A stretch of DNA of 64,000 nt, from the NCBI GenBank assembly GCA_900545005.1, contig UQXO01000001.1, positions 25,602 to 89,601 on the forward strand, in the 5' to 3' direction. A program made the translations under genes and the position numbers. The stretch's first letter is position 1. Every line of letters starts with the position of its first letter. The notes under the pieces are model-generated. The model saw only the letters and a program-made list of their open reading frames with translations, searched no databases and was not told the origin of the DNA. Below, in pieces: positions 56,779 to 64,000 of this stretch. The DNA comes from an uncultured Mycoplasmatota bacterium. Its GTDB lineage: Bacteria; Bacillota_I; Bacilli_A; RF39; UBA660.

Positions 56779-59292
56779 TTATAATTTTTTACTTTCTTTA
56801 CTTATTAAGAGTTTACGGAGCCAATCGAAAGGGATAACGCTTAAAGATAAGAGAATAACAAAAAATAATTCTTTAAGAGTTAGACCATATGTACGAAAAA
56901 GGTCACCGCCGAAGTAAATTAAGTACATTTGAATAATTGAAATACTGGTAAATATCAAGATAAAGGGTTTATTCTTTAAGATATTGGCTAAGATATTTAA
57001 TCTTGTAGTTCGGGCATTAAGAGCATTAAGAAGACTAGAGAAGATAAAGAAAGCGAAGTAAGCGGTATATAAATAACGATAGTCATCAGCATAACGAATG
57101 AAGTTATAGACTAGGGGAGACTTAAAGAAGAAGATACCTAAAAGAGAGGTATATAATCCAGTGAAGAAGATTTCTTTAAACATATAACTATTAATTATAT
57201 GGACTTTTTTAGTTTTAGGAGGTTCATTCATATATTCATCTAAAGATGGTTCACTAGCGAAAGCAATGCCAGCAAGAGTATCCATAATCATATTAATCCA
57301 TAACATCTGAATAACAGTCACAGGAGTTACTATATCCATAATAGGACCAACAATAGCCATTAACATTGCACAGAAATTAACTGTTAATTGGAAGATGATA
57401 AACTTTCGAATACTTTTAAAAATGGTTCTGCCGAAAAGGACTGATTTCGTAATAGAAGCAATATTATCATCCAGAATAATAATATCGCCAGCTTCTTTAG
57501 CAACTTCAGTCCCAGAACCCATTGCAAACCCAACATCAGCTAACTTTAAAGCTCCAGCATCATTAATACCATCCCCTGTCATGCCAACTACTAGGTCTTG
57601 GGCTTGCAATATTTTAACCATCCTAGTCTTATCTTTTGGAAGAGCTCTGGCGATAACCTTGATTCTAGTATACAAGTTACTTATATCTTCATCGGTAAGA
57701 GAATTAAATTCACTACTAGATAAGGCTAAATCATTTTTATTAGTAATAATACCAGCTTCTTTGGCTATTGAAGTCGCTGTATCAATATTATCTCCAGTTA
57801 TCATAATAACATTTATACCGGCTTGATGGAGAGTCTTTATGGCACTAGGAGTTGTAGTCCTTAAGGTATCCTTAATAATTAAATATCCTAAGTAAGTATG
57901 AGAGGTACTTAGTTTATCTTTTTCGGTCAAGAGAATAATCCGAGAACCAGTTTTGGCTTCATTATCTATTTCTTTACTAATAGTATCTTTATTTAAAAGA
58001 AGTTTCTTTTTACCAAAACTATCTAAGTAATAGAGACATTTATCTAATAAGACTTCTTTAGCTCCCTTGTAATAAGTAATATCATTATCTAAAGTTACAG
58101 AACTATATTTATCTTTACTATCAAATAGCTTCTTAGTAATTATTTTTCTTTCTTTTAGGGGTTTATCAACAAACTTTAGAAGAGCTTTATCGGTTTGATT
58201 ACCACCCGTTATTTCTCCAGAAGTATTAAGAATAGAAGAATTATTATAATACAAGTTATTAATTATCTCTTCTTGGAGACTAGAAGATAAAGTCTTAAGA
58301 TTAGATATTTTCTTATTAGCATAATTAACATAAGAAGTGACTTTGAGATTACCTTCAGTTAAAGTACCCGTTTTATCTGTTAAAAGACAATTGATATTGC
58401 CACTAGTCTCAATCCCAATTAATCTACGAACTAAGACATTACTCTTAAGCATTCTTTTCATATTAGAGGAAAGAACAAGAGTAACCATTAGAGGTAATCC
58501 TTCCGGAACAGTAACAACGATAACCGTCATCGAAAGAGTTAAAGAATACAGGATATTATTGATACTAAAGTCTTTAGTAGTCACAAGATAAACACTTGCT
58601 GCTAGAAAGGCTCCTATGTAGCCAAAGATACTAATTATTTTAGCTAACGTACTTAGTCTTGATTTTAAGGGACTGATGATGGGAGGAGTTTGGATATCTT
58701 TAGCTAGGCCTCCTATTAAAGTATTATCTCCAACTTTATCAATTTTAATCTTGGCTTCACCCTCGTAACAGATAGTCGAGGAATAGACATATTCTCCTTT
58801 AGATTTATCTTTATCTTTAGTTTCTCCATTGATACTAGCTTCATTGACATTTAAGTGTCCTTCTAAGATATAACCATCAGCAGGAATAGCATTCCCGCTA
58901 CTAACTAAAACGATATCCCCAACGACAATATCTGTAACAGGAATAGTAGTAATTTTACCATTTCGATAGACATTAGCATTCGTTCTTGATGCTTCTTCTT
59001 CTAAACGATTAAAAGCTTCTTCACTACCATATTCAGCAAAAGATCCAATAGTCGATGCTAAGATAATAGAGATTAGAATACCTATGGTCTCAAAATAATC
59101 ATTATTTCTAAACAAAAAAATAATCTTAAATACTAAGACAATAATTAATATTTTGATAATAGGGTCACTTAAAGAAGATAAAATTAAAGAGAAAAGACTT
59201 CTTTTTTTGACTTTAGTTAAAGTATTACGACCATACTTATTACGGCTTTGTATTACTTCTTTATTAGTTAATCCATTCATATCTGCACCCAT
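56779..59292 (-). CDS. cation (Ca2+-type, P2) transporting P-type ATPase
   Basis: DKTGTLT phosphorylation site, MITGDN, GDGINDAGAL hinge, 8-10 TM; 837 aa. Confidence 0.9.
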   Translation of the reverse strand: MGADMNGLTNKEVIQSRNKYGRNTLTKVKKRSLFSLILSSLSDPIIKILIIVLVFKIIFLFRNNDYFETIGILISIILASTIGSFAEYGSEEAFNRLEEEASRTNANVYRNGKITTIPVTDIVVGDIVLVSSGNAIPADGYILEGHLNVNEASINGETKDKDKSKGEYVYSSTICYEGEAKIKIDKVGDNTLIGGLAKDIQTPPIISPLKSRLSTLAKIISIFGYIGAFLAASVYLVTTKDFSINNILYSLTLSMTVIVVTVPEGLPLMVTLVLSSNMKRMLKSNVLVRRLIGIETSGNINCLLTDKTGTLTEGNLKVTSYVNYANKKISNLKTLSSSLQEEIINNLYYNNSSILNTSGEITGGNQTDKALLKFVDKPLKERKIITKKLFDSKDKYSSVTLDNDITYYKGAKEVLLDKCLYYLDSFGKKKLLLNKDTISKEIDNEAKTGSRIILLTEKDKLSTSHTYLGYLIIKDTLRTTTPSAIKTLHQAGINVIMITGDNIDTATSIAKEAGIITNKNDLALSSSEFNSLTDEDISNLYTRIKVIARALPKDKTRMVKILQAQDLVVGMTGDGINDAGALKLADVGFAMGSGTEVAKEAGDIIILDDNIASITKSVLFGRTIFKSIRKFIIFQLTVNFCAMLMAIVGPIMDIVTPVTVIQMLWINMIMDTLAGIAFASEPSLDEYMNEPPKTKKVHIINSYMFKEIFFTGLYTSLLGIFFFKSPLVYNFIRYADDYRYLYTAYFAFFIFSSLLNALNARTTRLNILANILKNKPFILIFTSISIIQMYLIYFGGDLFRTYGLTLKELFFVILLSLSVIPFDWLRKLLISKESKKL

Positions 59293-59332
59293 TTAATCTT
59301 ATGAGTACATAAAAAATTATATGAAAAAAGAA

Positions 59333-59953
59333 TTAATTAGACAGGGATTTCCAAATTCTTTTTAAAGTTTGGATACTCTTTGGTTGTTTAATTAATTCAC
59401 ACTCTTCTTGAAGCCATAATGGCAAGCTAGTTTTATCCACGTAAATATGGCTTAAATAATCATTATATTCACTGGTATCTTTAGAATAACTAACCGGAAT
59501 TCTTTTGACTTTACGATTTTTTTCACTAATTTTAATCTCATCACTACTAAGAGATAGGTAATAGAGACTGCTAACATCATAGATGAGATAGTTATTGAGA
59601 AGTAAATATTCTCTTAGAGATATAAGCTCATTAAAAAAATAATTAAGAAAAAAAGTATTATTAAATAGGCAATTAATCTTAACATTATTACCATCTTTAG
59701 TACGATAAAGATAAGCATCGCCTGATTTACGTAACACTAGCTCTTGCCAGATGTCATAGTCTCCAACTTCTTCATATTTTTTGGCATAAAAAGTAATTTC
59801 TTTCTTCTCGAGATCAATATTTTTAACTAACATTGTCTTATAATGCAACCTTTCTGCTAATAAACTACAAAGATGAGCATAGATTTTGTCACGATGATGA
59901 TGATATCTCTTTAAGACATTATAAATATCTAATAAATTAACTGTATCTTCCAT
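59333..59953 (-). CDS. hypothetical protein
   Basis: 206 aa ORF, no recognisable motif. Confidence 0.3.
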   Translation of the reverse strand: MEDTVNLLDIYNVLKRYHHHRDKIYAHLCSLLAERLHYKTMLVKNIDLEKKEITFYAKKYEEVGDYDIWQELVLRKSGDAYLYRTKDGNNVKINCLFNNTFFLNYFFNELISLREYLLLNNYLIYDVSSLYYLSLSSDEIKISEKNRKVKRIPVSYSKDTSEYNDYLSHIYVDKTSLPLWLQEECELIKQPKSIQTLKRIWKSLSN

Positions 59954-60002
59954 ATATATTCCTCTTCTTAATTATATTATCATAAAGAATAGTTGTTGTG
60001 TT

Positions 60003-60500
60003 TTAAATTTCTTTTTTGTAAACAGAAGATGCTAATTTATTCAAGACTAACTCTTTCGCATCATTATAACTAATCTGCATAGAATAGGCTACTTCGTTGA
60101 ATAAAAATTTTTCTGATAATTCTTGATAATAGGTATCCTTATCACCAAGATGTTTCTTATTAGATTTTCTAACTTCATTACGAAGATAAGTAGTCTTCAT
60201 AATAATAATTAAATCTTCTAAAGTGTTACCTTGTAATAAAGATTTATATTTTTCTTCTAAATTACGGTCTGTTAGATTCAAAGGTTTAATATTATCTATA
60301 TTATCAAGAGATTTCGTTATTTCTTTAAAAGTAGATAAAGGTCTTAATAAAGATTTTTCTTCTTTTAAGGGAACACTAATCTTCAAAGAAGAGTCTGCTT
60401 TATTTTCTAGGATATAATAGTCCTGGTTATTAATTTTAGTTAAGGCTTTAACTTGGCAAACTTCACGCTTGTAGATAAGATAGTCATTTATTTTATACAT
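60003..60500 (-). CDS. hypothetical protein, possibly CarD/CdnL-like N-terminal domain
   Basis: N-terminal DYLIYKREVCQVKAL...YYILEN resembles the CarD_CdnL_TRCF Tudor-like segment; weak. Confidence 0.3.
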   Translation of the reverse strand: MYKINDYLIYKREVCQVKALTKINNQDYYILENKADSSLKISVPLKEEKSLLRPLSTFKEITKSLDNIDNIKPLNLTDRNLEEKYKSLLQGNTLEDLIIIMKTTYLRNEVRKSNKKHLGDKDTYYQELSEKFLFNEVAYSMQISYNDAKELVLNKLASSVYKKEI

Positions 60501-60615
60501 TGTAATCCTCCATAAGTATATATAATAATTATAACCTTTTTTAAGATTTTTTTCTAAGATTTTTCGCCTTAGATGAAGGTTTTTTGATAAAATGAGAATG
60601 GAAAGGATAGATAAA

Positions 60616-61515
60616 ATGACAAAGAAGAAGAAAAAAGCTCTAAAAGATTTATGGTATGTAGTGATTGCTTTAATTCTTTTAGGAGGAGGATATTTTACTA
60701 GTAATTTGGATAAGAGTAGTAAAAACGAAGAGACTGCTAATAAAAATAACGAGTTACTAGTCTATTTTATCGATGTTGGCCAAGCTGATAGTATTTATAT
60801 CAAGGATGGAAATAGTAATATGCTAATTGATGCTGGTAATAATACAGATGGTCCTCTTTTAGTTAAATATCTAAAAAGTCTTGGGGTTAATGAATTCAAG
60901 TTCGCAGTAGGAACCCATGCTCATGAAGATCATATTGGAGGAATGGATGATATTATTAAGAATTTTACGATTGATAATTATTTAATGCCCAAAAAGATAA
61001 GCACTAGTAAGACTTTTGAAGATGTCTTAGATGCTTTAAATGAGAAAAGGGTAAGCCCTAATATTCCCAAAATCGGTGATAAGTTTACTTTAGATAAGGC
61101 TAGTTTCGAGGTCTTAAGTGTTGGGACTTCGGATGATGATACGGATCTTAATGATACTTCCGTAGTTCTTAAAATGACTTATAATAAAACATGCACTTTA
61201 TTTATGGGAGATGCTTCGAGTGCGGTCGAAAAGAACTTATTGAATAAAGATATTCAGTGTCAAGTATTGAAAGTTGGTCATCATGGTTCAAGATATTCTA
61301 GTAGTGATGAGTTTATTAAGACCGTTAAACCTTCTTATGGAATTATAATGGTCGGTAAAGATAATAAATATGGTCATCCAACTAATAAAACATTAGATGT
61401 TTTAAATAAGTATAATGTGACTATTCATCGTACAGATCAAGAAGGTACCATAATTATGAAAATTAAAGGAGATAATATTAGTTTTGAGAATATAAAGACT
61501 AATACAAATGGATAA
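60616..61515 (+). CDS. membrane-anchored MBL-fold metallo-hydrolase (ComEC C-terminal domain-like)
   Basis: VGQADS ... HAHEDHIGG ... VGHHGS motifs; start set to ATG 60616 after AAAGGA RBS. Confidence 0.65.
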   Translation: MTKKKKKALKDLWYVVIALILLGGGYFTSNLDKSSKNEETANKNNELLVYFIDVGQADSIYIKDGNSNMLIDAGNNTDGPLLVKYLKSLGVNEFKFAVGTHAHEDHIGGMDDIIKNFTIDNYLMPKKISTSKTFEDVLDALNEKRVSPNIPKIGDKFTLDKASFEVLSVGTSDDDTDLNDTSVVLKMTYNKTCTLFMGDASSAVEKNLLNKDIQCQVLKVGHHGSRYSSSDEFIKTVKPSYGIIMVGKDNKYGHPTNKTLDVLNKYNVTIHRTDQEGTIIMKIKGDNISFENIKTNTNG

Positions 61516-61744
61516 GATGAAATATAGTGTTGATGAAATTATTGATGATGTTATTAAGTTAGAGGATTTAAATTCAAAAGAATTAGTTTATTTAAAAAAA
61601 GAAGATTTAGACTTTGATGTTAAAGAAAATGATATTTTAGTTCTTAAAGATGGGAAATATCAAAAAGATGAGAATGCTAAGGAGGAAAGGACAAAGTATT
61701 TGCAAGAGAAATTAGAGCGACTTTTGAATTCACAATTTAAGTAA
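61508..61744 (+). CDS. small hypothetical protein
   Basis: 78 aa, overlaps previous stop by 8 nt. Confidence 0.3.
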   Translation: MDKMKYSVDEIIDDVIKLEDLNSKELVYLKKEDLDFDVKENDILVLKDGKYQKDENAKEERTKYLQEKLERLLNSQFK

Positions 61745-61944
61745 ATTTTTTTCCTTAGGAATAATTGAAACCCTATATAAATAAAGAAAATTTTCCTAGA
61801 AGTATATTATCTTAAGTATATAGTAGGATACTAAATTCCAGAGAAAAAAGCAAGTTTTTTTAATAATATTGAGAATAAATTAAAAGGCGTAGAGTAGACT
61901 TAGAGCTTCATATTTGGTACAATTATTATAATTAAGGAGAGGGT

Positions 61945-62373
61945 ATGGATTATTATAGGAAGCAATTAAAAGAAAATAAGATTGTTAATAAGAAGTTACT
62001 TAATAAGTTTGAAGGGTATTTAAGCAGTATTGATTTTCCGGAAACGGAGATTAGTAAAAATGTCTTTAATGCAGCTTTTTACATAAATATTTATTTGACT
62101 AAAGATGAGATAATTTCGGCAGTTAAAGGATATAAGGAGATTCATAAGTTTACAGATTTCTTTTTAAAAGAGGCAACTTGGTCGTTACTTAAAGATTTGC
62201 AAGCTGGAATGAATAGCGTTAAATTGTTTTATGATTTTCTTTATAAGTCTCATTATATTGATGAAGAAAACTATTTAGAAGTAGCTAAGTTTGTAGATAA
62301 GGATATTCCGGAGTTTATTAAGAAGTATGAAGATAATGAGGAATTATTGTTAAAAGATTATGTTCTTAATTAA
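61945..62373 (+). CDS. hypothetical protein
   Basis: GGAGAGGG RBS; 142 aa. Confidence 0.35.
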   Translation: MDYYRKQLKENKIVNKKLLNKFEGYLSSIDFPETEISKNVFNAAFYINIYLTKDEIISAVKGYKEIHKFTDFFLKEATWSLLKDLQAGMNSVKLFYDFLYKSHYIDEENYLEVAKFVDKDIPEFIKKYEDNEELLLKDYVLN

Positions 62374-62574
62374 AAAAGGGCTATTAAGATAAGTAAAATT
62401 CTTAATAGTCTTTTATATTGAGGTCATTTTCTATTCAAAAGATAGTTTTTCTAGTTGTTAATGGGATAATGATAGGTTGGGATTCTATGTTAGATTTATG
62501 TTAGATTTATATGTTTTACTTTTCTAAGAGAGCTATCATTTTGGTGAGAAAATAAATATGGACATTTAATAAAA

Positions 62575-62598
62575 ACTTCACAAAATAGATTGTGAAGT
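62575..62598. terminator. bidirectional terminator hairpin between convergent genes
   Basis: AAAAACTTCACAA-AATAGA-TTGTGAAGTTTTT; 9-bp stem with A and T flanks. Confidence 0.55.
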
Positions 62599-63099
62599 TT
62601 TTATTAAATCTACAATATAAGTAGAAGAATTACTATAGATAATATGTTTATTATGATAAGAAAATTCTTTATTACCAAAGATAAATAACTTCGGTATACT
62701 AGATAAATAATAATCTAAATAAGGATTGTTAATTGTATAAGTATTTAAGTTATCTATAAGATAAGTAGAGTTTTTGTTATAAATTAAATATGTTTTATCT
62801 GGAGATAATAATACATAGATAGGAATAACTTTATTAAGAGTAAGTCCTAATTTATCGAATAGATAGTTATAATAAACTATATCTTTTGGATAGACTTTAT
62901 AATTTAAATAAAGGTCAATGGGAGTATAACAAATTGAAGATATTAATTTATGTACCTTTAAGAACTTTTTAAAGTCTTTTAGAAAGATATTTTCATCTTC
63001 GATATTACTATTATTTATACTAGGAGTAGTAAAAGTTAGTAGTTTATTTTTAATAATTTGAATTTCATTATCATTAAGATAAAGTATTAACTTAGTCAT
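62578..63099 (-). CDS. hypothetical protein
   Basis: 173 aa Tyr/Asn-rich ORF; last codons lie in terminator hairpin. Confidence 0.3.
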   Translation of the reverse strand: MTKLILYLNDNEIQIIKNKLLTFTTPSINNSNIEDENIFLKDFKKFLKVHKLISSICYTPIDLYLNYKVYPKDIVYYNYLFDKLGLTLNKVIPIYVLLSPDKTYLIYNKNSTYLIDNLNTYTINNPYLDYYLSSIPKLFIFGNKEFSYHNKHIIYSNSSTYIVDLIKTSQSIL

Positions 63100-63754
63100 T
63101 GTTATTCATTACTTCATTATAATCAAGGAGATAGAATTCTTCTGGATTAAAGACTTCACCTTTATAGAAGACTTCAAAATGAAGAGCATTACTAGTATCA
63201 GTAGTTATTTTATTTTGACCACTAGTAGCAATAACATCACCTTGACTTACTTTATCGCCAACACTAACTTTAACTTCACCAAGGCTTTGATAGACTGTAG
63301 TTAAATTATTAGTATGTTCAATTTCCACAATATTACCCATTAGACTATCTTCTTTAACATTTTTAACGGTACCATCTAAGATAGAAACAACATCAAATTG
63401 GTTGTTAGAAGTGTATAAGACCCCAGTATTTTGCATATATATGCCTTCATAGTAAATTAAAGCAGCAGCTTGTTCGTCATTAGTGCCATCGATATTATAA
63501 TAAGGAATAGTAGCACTTACTTCTTTACTGGTATAAGGTCTTATAATTGCTTTAGTCTCATTGATAGTAGGAGTTACATTAGTATCATCATTATTATTTA
63601 CCTCACTAGTATTATCCTTGGGAGTTGGATTAATAATCGGAACACCGGCCGTTAAAATTTGATACATTTTGTAACTACTAAATAGAATAGTGCATACTAA
63701 CATTAAGCATATCGTTGGAATAACAAATTTTCTTAATTTTCTTCTTTTTTTCAT
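63092..63754 (-). CDS. membrane-anchored M23/LytM-family peptidase
   Basis: N-terminal TM; VEIEHTNNLTTVY, GDVIATSG, ALHFEVFYKG LytM motifs. Confidence 0.7.
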   Translation of the reverse strand: MKKRRKLRKFVIPTICLMLVCTILFSSYKMYQILTAGVPIINPTPKDNTSEVNNNDDTNVTPTINETKAIIRPYTSKEVSATIPYYNIDGTNDEQAAALIYYEGIYMQNTGVLYTSNNQFDVVSILDGTVKNVKEDSLMGNIVEIEHTNNLTTVYQSLGEVKVSVGDKVSQGDVIATSGQNKITTDTSNALHFEVFYKGEVFNPEEFYLLDYNEVMNNND

Positions 63755-63943
63755 AAATTCACCTTTCTATTAAAAAGTGTGAACTAAAAAAGATATTTTA
63801 TACATTTAATTTACAATTTTTGTTAAATTACTTTTTCTTTGGCAAAAATAGTATTTCAAAAAGCAAAAATTGCATTTTTCGTACATTTTGTACGAAAAGA
63901 AGAGAAGCTGATATCTTTTAAGGAAAAATATTATAAAATTAAG

Positions 63944-64000
63944 ATGATTAAAGAACACTATGAGACTATGGAGGCCTTACCAGAGTTTATCTTAAAGCTT
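63944..64000 (+). CDS. 5' end of ORF running off the window
   Basis: ATG 63944, open to window end (MIKEHYETMEALPEFILKL); weak RBS. Confidence 0.2.
   Translation, partial: MIKEHYETMEALPEFILKL

Noticed and set aside
1-64000. Mollicutes genetic code (UGA=Trp) given the AT-richness, N-less ClpB and CIRCE usage
   Set aside because: tRNA-Trp has anticodon CCA only; all conserved genes read full-length under the standard code with TGA stops, and peptidoglycan and sporulation genes are present

Overview
Scope: AT-rich (about 25-30% G+C, estimated by eye) chromosomal segment of a low-GC Firmicute. It uses the standard genetic code: a tRNA-Trp with anticodon CCA is present and long ORFs read through without TGA recoding. 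Sporulation-type genes (cotJB/cotJC, a SleB/CwlJ-type hydrolase, a CwlD-like amidase), a ClpB lacking its N-domain and HrcA/CIRCE control of clpB and htpG suggest a spore-forming Erysipelotrichia/Clostridia-like organism; this is inference only.

Layout:
- 0.3-13.7 kb: conserved housekeeping block, all on the minus strand: YugP-like Zn peptidase, cysS, FemAB-family, ychF, AbgT-type transporter, DUF951, mscS, parB, parA, DHH phosphoesterase, ftsH, tilS. The parA-parB-mscS-DUF951-ychF order mirrors the origin-proximal soj-spo0J...ychF synteny of Bacillus.
- 13.9-19.6 kb: small-gene accessory patch with a cold-shock protein, an XRE regulator, an intact tRNA-Trp plus a degenerate direct copy of its 3' half about 0.8 kb away, and a perfect palindromic DnaA-box pair.
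- 19.6-24.5 kb: clpB and htpG, each with a CIRCE operator overlapping a sigmaA-type promoter.
- 24.6-28.1 kb: a TcdE-type holin overlapping an M23-LysM hydrolase, then a SleB-like hydrolase and an Amidase_3 with four LysM repeats. None of the three enzymes has a signal peptide and there are no prophage genes.
- 28.3-33.4 kb: a UvrD-family helicase with an inserted nuclease-like segment, a cytoplasmic LRR protein, mtnN.
- 33.5-38.1 kb: a 1276-aa MMPL/RND-type membrane protein with internal repeats, divergent from a TetR gene.
- 38.3-47.3 kb: envelope/defence patch: GH25 muramidase lipoprotein, HtrA, an Abi_2 abortive-infection protein translationally coupled to htrA, an Amidase_3, several secreted hypotheticals, and a membrane-anchored XRE regulator preceded by three phased 9-bp direct repeats.
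- 47.3-48.2 kb: rpsI-rplM.
- 49.5-50.5 kb: cotJB-like/cotJC.
- 50.5-52.3 kb: Rpn/YhgA-like nuclease with 21-bp in-frame tandem repeats, and a structured divergent intergenic region.
- 52.5-55.7 kb: a second UvrD-family helicase paralog and an orphan four-gene pseudopilin operon.
- 56.8-59.3 kb: P-type (Ca2+-type) ATPase.
- 60-64 kb: assorted small genes, an MBL-fold protein and an M23 peptidase.

Not found: rRNA, CRISPR array, integrase or IS element. Many track ORFs antisense to long genes are judged spurious.
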